Shown here: positions 7,121-15,749 of the stretch, piece by piece
Layout: each line of letters starts with the position of its first letter
How positions within the stretch are numbered: the stretch's first letter is position 1
NCBI GenBank assembly: GCA_964389375.1
Contig: CAYMDP010000008.1
Location: forward strand, 17,985-81,984
Length of the DNA stretch: 64,000 bases
Direction of reading: 5' to 3'
Origin: an uncultured Pseudobdellovibrionaceae bacterium
GTDB taxonomy: Bacteria; Bdellovibrionota; Bdellovibrionia; Bdellovibrionales; UBA1609
Translations under genes and position numbers: made by a program
Notes under the pieces: model-generated
Database searches by the model: none
Seen by the model: the letters and a program-made list of their open reading frames with translations, nothing else
Told to the model about the DNA's origin: nothing

Positions 7121-9595
7121 TTAGCTTGAGGACTCTTCCTTTTTCGAGGCCGCATAGGTTTCTCGAAACCACGCTCTTGCGTGCTTCATAAAGCCATCTC
7201 CAATCCCGTAGTAGAGCATCGAACAGAAGTAGCCGTTTTCACCCGAGGGATCTTCTTCGCAGTGATAAAAGCGAGCACACAGATTTCTGTTCGGCGCGCT
7301 GTCAAATATTCCACCTCGAAGAAATAAAACAGTTCCCGGAACAATCGGCCTTGGGTGAGCAATGGCCGCTCCGAATTCTCCAATTTGAACCAACTTTGCC
7401 GGTTTTGCGACGTGGATCGGAAAAAGACTTGAAAGCCATCCCATATTCTCGAAGTGATATAGGCTATGCTTGAGTCCCGTCGCTTGGGATATCAAAAATA
7501 AAAATAAACGATTATCAATGGGCCGTGGAAGAAGGCCGATGACTTCAGGTCTTGAGTATTTGCGAATATCAGGTGGTCGATTTGGATCGTAAGTCAGAAT
7601 CAATTTTATAGATGTTCCACCAGCTAGCAGGTTTTTGGATTGGGCAATAGAGTTTAAGCCATCCAGCCAAGAGTCGAAGGTTTCACCAGGAACCAGATCA
7701 ATATTGGCCACGATTGCATCGAGGCTTGTGAGTTGTTGCTCGGTGCGAAAGCGGATCGCAATATCCTGCATCTCGGCCGGCTTAAAGCGAACTTTTAAAT
7801 GTTCAGAGTCTTTTTCAGAAAACTGAATCGTGAGGGCCCGAAATCCACCTTCGCTATTTTTTGCTAAAATCCTTTTTTCGATCGTTTGACCAGTGCTGGC
7901 AAGCTTTAGGGCATCTTCAAAAACCAGTAGGTTTTCTTCTGTATCGAAAGGTTTACGCCAAGCTTGGGGGCTACCGCCTAGTTCGCCCAGGTCAAAACCT
8001 AAGAACTTTTCTTCAGGCTTAACAGTTACACCAAAACTCTTAAAATCAAAATTTTCTTTGGACAGAATAAATGCAAGTTGATCCGAGTGAAGATCTTCTT
8101 TGCTCGCCAAGGTGACTTCCCCTTCGCTGGGTCCAGAGGCGATCTCTTGAGCCATATATTTTTTAATAAATAAGGACATGCTCCCTTCAGGAATACTTCG
8201 GATCAAGTCAAAGTCCGAGCGCAAGCTTGTGGCCATGTTCTGCGAGATGGATTCATCCATTTCTATGATTGCAACCGATCGCACACGCTTTTCTTGTTCA
8301 CTTAAAAAAACATCGTCAGGGTTAAACCGAAAGGCTTCGCGATCATCTTTGACAAAACTAGAGTAGTTCGAACTTTTTGATAAGAACTGCCGGATCGCAG
8401 TGATTTGAGTACGACTGACCCCAAAGAAAGAAAAATAAACGACGTAGGTTTTTTCCATTTCTGGATGTGGATCGGAGCGGATGACTTTGGCGAAGACATC
8501 AAAGTTATCTTTTTGACCTGGCAGAGTGAAGAAAAAATGCCCAATCAAGCCTTCCTTTAAGGGAATTGGATTTCGGATGGCCAGGCCAATATCGGATAAT
8601 CTTTCGATCTTCGTAATTTTTGAGATCTCAATTTGAAGATCGACTTGCTGAAAGTATAAAAAGCGGGGAGAGGGCTTTTCGGGAAGTGACAGAAGAATAT
8701 CTAGTTTTTGTAGGAAAATTAGCCGATCTAGCGGCAAGTAGACTAAATCGTCGATGTCCGGATCGATTAAATCTAATTTTGAAATGTTATCGTCTTCGTA
8801 CTTGGTTAAGACAACTTGGGTTTTGCCTTCTGCGGGGAGGTAATTAAATTCGGCCAGTTTTTTTCGCAAAGATTTTACCCAATCGATGGGCTTGCCTTTG
8901 ACACTGGTCAGTTTAAAAACGACCAGGTGTATTTCTTTAACAAGCTGAAGACTTTCGAGATCAGTTTTGACCTTTTCTCGACGCTCTTGTTCCTTTTTGA
9001 AGATGGGCTTCAGGCGTGAGGTTTGATCCTCAAGCTCGATTAAGATATCGGCTCCCGCCGAATACTTGAAGTTTAACTTAATCAGGTGAAGACCTTTTCC
9101 TGGATTATTAAAAATCAGGGTCGCCTGGCCCCGATTTTTTTCGACGGCATTTTTGATCTCAGCCTCAAATTGACTGATCGAATTGTCGCTGATCAAAGAA
9201 AGTATTTTCCTAGGCTCCTTCATCAGCTCGGAATAGGGAAGACCTAAAAATGTGGCGTCTGCCCCTTGGCTGGGCTGAACTTGACTGACCTGAAGATTCG
9301 AAAGTGATAAGGTTAAACTTAATCGTGTCGCCGAAAAGGCCAGCTCATCGGACAGATTTTGATCCACGAGCCAGTTTAATGTTTCTGAAGAAATGCCCTC
9401 TAAGAGAGGGTGCTGAAAAGTGACTTGAGTTTTAACTTCGCTGACTTTTAAGTTTGGATTAAAGTAAGTGCTTTCGAACTCTTTGGTCGAAGAAAAGCTA
9501 CGTACCGAGTATTCTTCATCACCCATCTCTCGGATGAACATCTCCATCTGGCGGAGAACCCTGGGGTCGTCTTCAATTAAAATAATATTTGGCAT
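7121..9595 (-). CDS. Large cytoplasmic signalling protein: truncated receiver-like N-terminus plus two PilZ-like segments
   Basis: MPNIILIEDDPRVLRQMEMFIREMG looks like REC beta1-alpha1, but no phospho-acceptor block follows. The mid segment (ISKITKIERLSDIGLAIRNPIPLKEGL...VVYFSFFGV) and the C-terminal segment (VQIGEFGAAIAHPRPIVPGTVLFL) look like PilZ beta-barrel cores. Confidence 0.45.
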   Translation of the reverse strand: MPNIILIEDDPRVLRQMEMFIREMGDEEYSVRSFSSTKEFESTYFNPNLKVSEVKTQVTFQHPLLEGISSETLNWLVDQNLSDELAFSATRLSLTLSLSNLQVSQVQPSQGADATFLGLPYSELMKEPRKILSLISDNSISQFEAEIKNAVEKNRGQATLIFNNPGKGLHLIKLNFKYSAGADILIELEDQTSRLKPIFKKEQERREKVKTDLESLQLVKEIHLVVFKLTSVKGKPIDWVKSLRKKLAEFNYLPAEGKTQVVLTKYEDDNISKLDLIDPDIDDLVYLPLDRLIFLQKLDILLSLPEKPSPRFLYFQQVDLQIEISKITKIERLSDIGLAIRNPIPLKEGLIGHFFFTLPGQKDNFDVFAKVIRSDPHPEMEKTYVVYFSFFGVSRTQITAIRQFLSKSSNYSSFVKDDREAFRFNPDDVFLSEQEKRVRSVAIIEMDESISQNMATSLRSDFDLIRSIPEGSMSLFIKKYMAQEIASGPSEGEVTLASKEDLHSDQLAFILSKENFDFKSFGVTVKPEEKFLGFDLGELGGSPQAWRKPFDTEENLLVFEDALKLASTGQTIEKRILAKNSEGGFRALTIQFSEKDSEHLKVRFKPAEMQDIAIRFRTEQQLTSLDAIVANIDLVPGETFDSWLDGLNSIAQSKNLLAGGTSIKLILTYDPNRPPDIRKYSRPEVIGLLPRPIDNRLFLFLISQATGLKHSLYHFENMGWLSSLFPIHVAKPAKLVQIGEFGAAIAHPRPIVPGTVLFLRGGIFDSAPNRNLCARFYHCEEDPSGENGYFCSMLYYGIGDGFMKHARAWFRETYAASKKEESSS

Positions 9596-9689
9596 GACCT
9601 TAATATTAGGCCCTATTTCGAGGGCTTAGACAATGGACCAAGGTCTATACTAGACTGTGTCCAGCAAAACTAATTTTGCCGGGTACAGC

Positions 9690-10316
9690 CTAAGGAAAGA
9701 GTCTTTGGGATTTCCAAACTTCCTGTTGTTTTAAAAATACAAAGCGATCATGAAGGCGATTGTCTTGGCCAATCCAAAACTCAATTTTATCGGGCCGAAT
9801 TTGATAGCCGCCCCAATGTTCGGGGCAGGGGATGGGTTTACCATCGAAGTCCTTTCGGGCCTGATCGACTAGGTTCTTTAGTTCAAAGCGATCTTTGGCG
9901 GGGCGAGATTGGTTCGAAATCCATTGGCTTAACTGACTCTCTCTAGGGCGAGAGTTCCAGTATTTTTCGGATTGCTGCCTAGAGCTTTGCTTGACGCTTC
10001 CTTCGAATCGGACTTGGCGAAATAAAGGGTCCCAGTAGAACAAGGCCGCAATTTTGGGATTCAATTTTAGGTCTTCCCCCTTGGGGCTAAGATAGTTTGT
10101 GTAAAAGACCAAGTCTTCGTTTTGGATCTCTTTCAGAAGTACAATTCGAGATGAGATCACACCTGAAGCTCCGAGGGTCGAGATGCTCATCGCCGTGGGT
10201 TCTTTGACCCGCGCATCCGCTCGCGCTTCCTCTATCCATGCCTCAAGAATCTTAAGAGGGGCAGTTTGACTTGAAAAAAACTTATCAAAATCCACTTGAA
10301 CTTCCTTTATAAGCAA
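9690..10316 (-). CDS. pdxH: Pyridoxamine 5'-phosphate oxidase
   Basis: RIVLLKEIQNEDLVFYTNYLSPKG, SRPRESQLSQWISNQS and HWGGYQIRPDKIEFWIGQDNRLHDRFVF match PdxH end to end. An alternative GTG start lies at 10295 after AAGGAAG. Confidence 0.9.
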   Translation of the reverse strand: MLIKEVQVDFDKFFSSQTAPLKILEAWIEEARADARVKEPTAMSISTLGASGVISSRIVLLKEIQNEDLVFYTNYLSPKGEDLKLNPKIAALFYWDPLFRQVRFEGSVKQSSRQQSEKYWNSRPRESQLSQWISNQSRPAKDRFELKNLVDQARKDFDGKPIPCPEHWGGYQIRPDKIEFWIGQDNRLHDRFVFLKQQEVWKSQRLFP

Positions 10317-10432
10317 ATTTGCATTCGGTATAGCACGCCTTATGCTGGTTGGTCCAACAATGGTGTTTCTTCGATCTTGACAGCGGGGCTTAAGCCCACT
10401 CTGATTGAGTGGTGTTCAATAAGGAGTTAGCT

Positions 10433-11407
10433 GTGCAAAAGGTCCTTTGTTTCGACCTCGGTGGAACAAAACTCGCATCGGCCTTAGTCGATGACCGTGG
10501 GGAGTACTCCGAGCTTCGCAAAACTTTAGCACCTATCGAAGGTGGCCCTGAGGAGTTGCTTGTTCAAATGGAGGAGGTCTACTCGGACCTTTTGTCCCGT
10601 GGTTTCAAAATTCGGTCTGTTGGAATTTCCTCTGCGGGGCCTTTAGACCCACAGGCTGGTATTTTGTTGGACCCAACAAACTTTCGTTTTTCTAATGGCA
10701 AAACCTGGGGCGTTTTTCCTTTAGTGGAGGCTTTGTCTAAAAAAATTCCAGTTCCAATTCATATGGATAATGATGCCGTTGCGGCGCTTCTTGCCGAGAA
10801 CTGGATCGGCGCTGGAAAGTCTTGTGATAATTTGGTCGTAATGACCTTGGGCACAGGAGTTGGGGTCGCAGCACTAGCGGGTGGAAAAATTGTTCGGGCC
10901 GGTCGGGGTCTTCATCCCGAGGTTAGCCACACACCCTTGTTTGTCAAAGGCGAAGCCCCCTTGTGTGAATGCGGAATGAAAGCTTGTATGGAGGCTTTTT
11001 TGTCAGCCAACCATTTTGTCGCTCAGCTAAGAACTCTTTGGAATGAGCCAAGCTTGACCGGAGAAAATTTGGTCTTAAGAGCAAAAAATAAAGATCCAAA
11101 AGCGCTTCAAGCCTTCGATGATTACAGCGAAAAAATGGCCTTAGCTCTGGCTAGTCTTGTGGTGCTGTTTGCTCCGGAAAAGATATTGATCGGCGGTGGA
11201 TTTAGCTCGGCCTTTCCGCACTTTGCAAGTCGCGCAAAAATTCGTCTTGCGAAGCTCATCGAGCGCCGAAGAAAAGGAATCGATTTAATGCCCTCTGTAG
11301 AGCTTTGTGCTTTGGGTTGGGAGGCCGGACTTGTTGGGGCCGCTCGTTTGTCTTTAGGCTCTGGTCAGGGCCTTGCCAAATCAAAGGAACAAAAAAAGAC
11401 GACCTAG
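10433..11407 (+). CDS. ROK-family sugar kinase (glucokinase-like, no N-terminal HTH)
   Basis: LCFDLGGTKLA phosphate-1 motif, DNDAVAALLAE, and the ROK zinc motif HTPLF...CECGMKACMEAF. The start was moved to GTG 10433, 6 nt after AAGGAG; the track ORF starts at 10409. Confidence 0.8.
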   Translation: MQKVLCFDLGGTKLASALVDDRGEYSELRKTLAPIEGGPEELLVQMEEVYSDLLSRGFKIRSVGISSAGPLDPQAGILLDPTNFRFSNGKTWGVFPLVEALSKKIPVPIHMDNDAVAALLAENWIGAGKSCDNLVVMTLGTGVGVAALAGGKIVRAGRGLHPEVSHTPLFVKGEAPLCECGMKACMEAFLSANHFVAQLRTLWNEPSLTGENLVLRAKNKDPKALQAFDDYSEKMALALASLVVLFAPEKILIGGGFSSAFPHFASRAKIRLAKLIERRRKGIDLMPSVELCALGWEAGLVGAARLSLGSGQGLAKSKEQKKTT

Positions 11408-11426
11408 TTTTTTCAAACTAGGTCGT
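11399..11426 (-). terminator. Hairpin terminator between convergent genes
   Basis: 10-bp perfect stem acgacctagt / actaggtcgt with an 8-nt loop. On the minus strand it is followed by CTTTTTTTG. It sits 23 nt downstream of the stop of the 1327-aa gene. Confidence 0.55.
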
Positions 11427-11448
11427 AATCAAACTGAGAGTCTCTCGG

Positions 11449-14400
11449 TTACTTTAAAGCCCCTTCACATCGGGCAGCGGCACCTAAATTAGAAATTGGG
11501 TTCCCACCTTGGCGGCCAAATTCGTTTTGGCTCACTTTGTCGGGTGCTGCTTGGCTGAAAAGGTCTGAGTAGACCACAAGATCTGAACTCAGTTTGATAT
11601 CTTGAATTTGATTTGTCTTTCGACTTTGAACTAGGGCTTGAATATCAGCGGTGGCTTGGGGTCTTGAAATGCTATCAAGGATCTCAGCATCACGGCTTGT
11701 TTTCATAATCTCTAGGGCTTTGTCGGAAGAACTTTTTGGGGAACTCCAAAACTGAGAAGCCCAGGATTGAACTCGATCCAAAATCCCCGGACTTTCTTTT
11801 GTTTGTCCGGTGATCTTAGCTTTGTCATAGCGCTTTCGAAAATCAGAATGCTTTTCGCCAATCACAGGGTGTTTAGAGTAGAAGGCCTCAAGAGCTTCAA
11901 CTTGCATATCTCCCAGTTGTGCCAACTGAAGTCCCAAGGGAATAAAGCTTGAGCTATAGTTTGCAAGCAGGGCGTGTTCAGCAAGGGCTATTCCTTCTTG
12001 AATTAAGCGGTCGACTTCTTGGTTCACCACATCTCTTTGGCTGGCACTTAAGGTTGACAGGTATTGCTCAGGGCTGAGACCTTCAGGTGCGGCAGAGACT
12101 CCGAATTTTTCAGAAAGTCCCAAACGCAACACCGAGTCTAAAGCCAGACGTGTGGCCCGCTTCATATCATCGGACTTTCCAGCATCATGACGTGCACCCT
12201 TAGTCACCAAAGTCTGAGCAATAAAGCCCGCAACATAGACGGCAATCTGACGTGAAATGAGTTCAGGTGTATACACCATACTTTCTTCAAAATTATAAAT
12301 GGCAATACCCGCATACGAAACCCACTCATCCCCGCGAGGAGTGACTCCCGGAATAATTGAGATTCGGGTGGATTTGGTCTTGTCGCTAAAGTAGGCCTTG
12401 CGAACTAAATCATGTCCTGCTTCGTGGAAGGCCGTCAGCAATTGGTCCTCGTCGCGAATCTTAAGCGACTCTTGATCTTCTTTGCCTTTAATCTCAAGAA
12501 CCAAGGGTTTTTCATAGCCCTCGATATGCAGGGCCAGCTTTAGATCGCGTCGAATCAGGCCGTCTTTTTTCTGTGAACGAAGCTGATCCCCCTTTTCTAA
12601 AACCTCAATTGCGATTCTTTTCCCACTAGGAATTTTTTCTCGAAGCAAAAGATTACGAAGACCGTTTTCAAAGCTTTGTTTAACAAAGCGATCGATCGAG
12701 GCTCCTTGCTCCCGCAAGACGAATCCTGCGTTCTCGATTCCTTCGATCAAATGAAGAATCTGATTTTTATCAGTGAAGCCGACATTCCATCCGCGTTTGC
12801 CTTTAGACTCTTTAAGTTTTTTAATGGATTCGACTAAATTTAACTGAGTCAATTGGCGAATGGCCTGAAACGAAAGCGGACCAAAGACGTAGATATTGTT
12901 TTCGCCGACTCGATTGATCATCGCCGAGCTGAAGTGCCGCTCGAGCATGGCGCGTCTCATTTGACGATTCTTTTGTACTTCTTCGTGGATAATTTCCATA
13001 GCCGCGAGTTGTTGAACCTCTGGGATATCTTTTGGAACTTGATTAAACCAATCTTCCCCAGCATTGCCAGTCATGATCAAAGTTACACCATTCATCGGCC
13101 GGGCAATCCCGTCAGAAAAGGTTGTGACAATCGGTTCTCTTAAAACATCGTAAAGCGCTTTTAGAACGTCTCGAGGGGCATTTGCAACTTCATCAAGCAC
13201 GACCAGCATTTGTCCGTTCGTTCGATCGTACTCTTTCATAAAGTCAGAGTGAACCGGATTTCCTTGAAGGTCTCGAGTGCCTAAGACCTTTTCTTTAAGG
13301 TCGCGAACACTTTGCACCTGGCTGAAATCCATTAACTTAAGTGCACTTTTATTTCCGTATCGGGCTTCTGCGAGACGTTTTGCAGTCTCTGTTTTACCGG
13401 TCGACGACATTCCTAGGAACATATAAGACTTTGCTGCCCCTTTTGGAACTTTTGAGGTCAAATCCTGGGCCCTGCGATCTTCTTCGCTGAGCAGTGTATC
13501 TTGAGTTAGTTGAGCGATAATCTTATCAACACCAAAAACTTTTTCTTGCATTGAAGATCCGGTCGCCAAGATCTGATCAATTTTTTCATCCTCAATTTTT
13601 GGTTTTTCACGGTCTTGCTCGGTGATTGCGATCGGAAGACGCAAGACTTCGCGGGTGCGATTACTGGTCACGATCAAAACCGAAGGTCCCTCATTTAGAG
13701 TTTCGATACTGACTTTAAGGGACTGACCATTTGGAGCCCTTGGGATCAATCCTTCGTGGATGGCTTTAAGCAAAGGAATTTCGGTGATGGCCTCAACTCG
13801 AGTTTCGATGGGCCTTGCATTTTCTTCTGGCTCGTAGTGATAGCTCTGAATGAAATCAACAAGCTCCTTGGACCATTCGACTGTTAAGGGGCCGAGCAGA
13901 TGAGAAGCCTGAGAAATTTTTCCAGCAAGTTCAGCAAGGCGCATTTCGGTAATTCGCTTTAGGGCCTCAGGGGATAGGGGGCGAAGAAGGATCAAGTGCT
14001 CATCGTGAAGGCGGTTTAAAAGTTCTTCAGAAATACCGGGCTCGTCTCGAGAGCCTCTGGTATTCACGCCACCATTTGTCGCTTGCATGGCATTTTTTAG
14101 CGCCCGGTGGTTTTTGTGATTGAGGGTCCAATTTTCCATAAGCTTTTCGAAACTCAAAGTTTCTCCATAGCGCTGTCCATTCAACTCTCTTGGGGCCAAT
14201 AGATTAATTCCCTCATTCGTTGCGATCACGAAGGTGACTGGGACTTCAATATGGGTCAACCCGCCGTTCGGGTTGTTGACTTCAAAAATGCCCTTCTCGA
14301 GCGCTTGTTTGATAAAGATATCCTTCATCTCTTTGGACCAATTGTGGAATTCATTTAAAAAGATGACCGCATGTTCTGGTCCATCCATGTCTGGCAAAGA

Positions 14401-15432
14401 TTTTCGTCCGCCAACAATCCATTCTGGATTTTCTTCAATGGCATAGGTGGTTTTATCTCCAGGGGACTTCACTTCTTTCAGGACATAGCGCCCACCAGAA
14501 TGCTCAACCAGAAACTTCAGCAAACTCGGAAAATTTCCCGAACCGATATAGCCGGTGGCTGAACCTAAGACTTTCCATAAGTCCGATTCTTTACGAACCA
14601 CGGGCATCCGGAACATATGTTCAGAGTGGGCTCCGACCTTTCCGTTGATCGCATCTACATAATTTTCAGCAGTCGTGTCTTTACCGTTTCCTGGAAGCCC
14701 CATCAAGACGCGAACAGCGGGCTTGCTTATACCGAATAAAAACTTTGAGCGTTCAAGATTGACAAGACTTTCGATGACCTCGGGTTGCCCAATAATTCGC
14801 GACTCAAGATAGTTTCGGATCTCACTAATTCGTTTTGATCCCCAATCCCAAAGTTGATCTCCGGATTGCACTCCCGATGGGGGAGATTTCGCAGGAGGCT
14901 TTGGGCCGACTTTGGAATTCGGCAGACGAAGAGTGCCCGATTGCTTTGGTTTTTGCTCTAGGAGTTCGGCATAGCCTTCGAGAGTGTAAATGGGACGTTC
15001 ATCTTCGGCCGCAGCATTGCCCAGGTCTTCAATTAATTTTCGGTATTCTGGGAGGGCAGGGTTGTTTGCAAGCTGCTCGGATACGTAATGCATTAAATAA
15101 ATCAATGCGTCCACGCTACTTTTATTCGTGATTTTTCCAATTGCCCGGATGGACTCTCGAATCAGGATATCTTGAAACTCATCTGGAGGAGTGGATTTGC
15201 CTTTTAAGGGGAGGATATTTTCGATTAAGTACTGAACCAGTTTTTCGAAAGACTTGTCGATACGGTACTGACTGAGGAGCTCCATATTTTCAATGTCATC
15301 TTGAAATCTTCCGGAAGGCGGACTGTTTAAGAGCTCAAAGAATTTTTTGGGTGGCTTCTCAATGACCACCGAGTGAGCCAAGCCGCTCTGCAAAAATAAA
15401 AGCGAAATAAAGACGCAAAAAATAGATTTCAA
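11449..15432 (-). CDS. Multidomain protein: signal-like N-terminus, HEAT-like repeats, two Clp-D2-type AAA+ modules, FtsH-type M41 metallopeptidase domain
   Basis: N-terminus MKSIFCVFISLLFLQSGLAHS. AAA-1 has GLPGNGKD (Walker A Thr to Asp) and IFLNEF (Walker B Asp to Asn). AAA-2 has GMSSTGKTETA and VVLDEV, both intact. The C-terminus LLTAFHEAGHDLV...IIPG...HDAGKSDDMKRAT matches the FtsH HEXXH and downstream Asp region. TTG start after GAGGGGGG. Confidence 0.7.
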   Translation of the reverse strand: MKSIFCVFISLLFLQSGLAHSVVIEKPPKKFFELLNSPPSGRFQDDIENMELLSQYRIDKSFEKLVQYLIENILPLKGKSTPPDEFQDILIRESIRAIGKITNKSSVDALIYLMHYVSEQLANNPALPEYRKLIEDLGNAAAEDERPIYTLEGYAELLEQKPKQSGTLRLPNSKVGPKPPAKSPPSGVQSGDQLWDWGSKRISEIRNYLESRIIGQPEVIESLVNLERSKFLFGISKPAVRVLMGLPGNGKDTTAENYVDAINGKVGAHSEHMFRMPVVRKESDLWKVLGSATGYIGSGNFPSLLKFLVEHSGGRYVLKEVKSPGDKTTYAIEENPEWIVGGRKSLPDMDGPEHAVIFLNEFHNWSKEMKDIFIKQALEKGIFEVNNPNGGLTHIEVPVTFVIATNEGINLLAPRELNGQRYGETLSFEKLMENWTLNHKNHRALKNAMQATNGGVNTRGSRDEPGISEELLNRLHDEHLILLRPLSPEALKRITEMRLAELAGKISQASHLLGPLTVEWSKELVDFIQSYHYEPEENARPIETRVEAITEIPLLKAIHEGLIPRAPNGQSLKVSIETLNEGPSVLIVTSNRTREVLRLPIAITEQDREKPKIEDEKIDQILATGSSMQEKVFGVDKIIAQLTQDTLLSEEDRRAQDLTSKVPKGAAKSYMFLGMSSTGKTETAKRLAEARYGNKSALKLMDFSQVQSVRDLKEKVLGTRDLQGNPVHSDFMKEYDRTNGQMLVVLDEVANAPRDVLKALYDVLREPIVTTFSDGIARPMNGVTLIMTGNAGEDWFNQVPKDIPEVQQLAAMEIIHEEVQKNRQMRRAMLERHFSSAMINRVGENNIYVFGPLSFQAIRQLTQLNLVESIKKLKESKGKRGWNVGFTDKNQILHLIEGIENAGFVLREQGASIDRFVKQSFENGLRNLLLREKIPSGKRIAIEVLEKGDQLRSQKKDGLIRRDLKLALHIEGYEKPLVLEIKGKEDQESLKIRDEDQLLTAFHEAGHDLVRKAYFSDKTKSTRISIIPGVTPRGDEWVSYAGIAIYNFEESMVYTPELISRQIAVYVAGFIAQTLVTKGARHDAGKSDDMKRATRLALDSVLRLGLSEKFGVSAAPEGLSPEQYLSTLSASQRDVVNQEVDRLIQEGIALAEHALLANYSSSFIPLGLQLAQLGDMQVEALEAFYSKHPVIGEKHSDFRKRYDKAKITGQTKESPGILDRVQSWASQFWSSPKSSSDKALEIMKTSRDAEILDSISRPQATADIQALVQSRKTNQIQDIKLSSDLVVYSDLFSQAAPDKVSQNEFGRQGGNPISNLGAAARCEGALK

Positions 15433-15749
15433 AATGGATCCCCCCTCAGAGATGAATGAGACATCAGCAATGGGGATGCCAAATTGGGAGTAAACTTATC
15501 CACATTGTAGAGAATTCTAAAATTTGATCTGTCGCAAAATTGCAGCGCCGCGCAAGACTTGAGTTATCAGCAATCACGGATACTTAGTTTTCAGAAGCGA
15601 AGCTTCTAGCTAATATTAATATGCCTTATGCTTAAGCGGCGGGCATTTACTGAAGGGAAAAAGTTGTAGCGCTTTCACAAACTTGAAACTTTTTCTTCAC
15701 TCGAAGTCTCAAGTTAGCACCACAAAAATGTTTCACATTTAAGATCAAT

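Noticed and set aside
15433-15749. 317-nt spacer between the AAA+/M41 gene start and the ETF-QO stop, as an sRNA locus
   Set aside because: It contains only short hairpins (agaagc-gaa-gcttct at about 15592-15606; aaatgt-ttc-acattt at about 15727-15741) and a 19-codon ORF. This is consistent with an ordinary promoter/terminator spacer and not distinctive enough to call.
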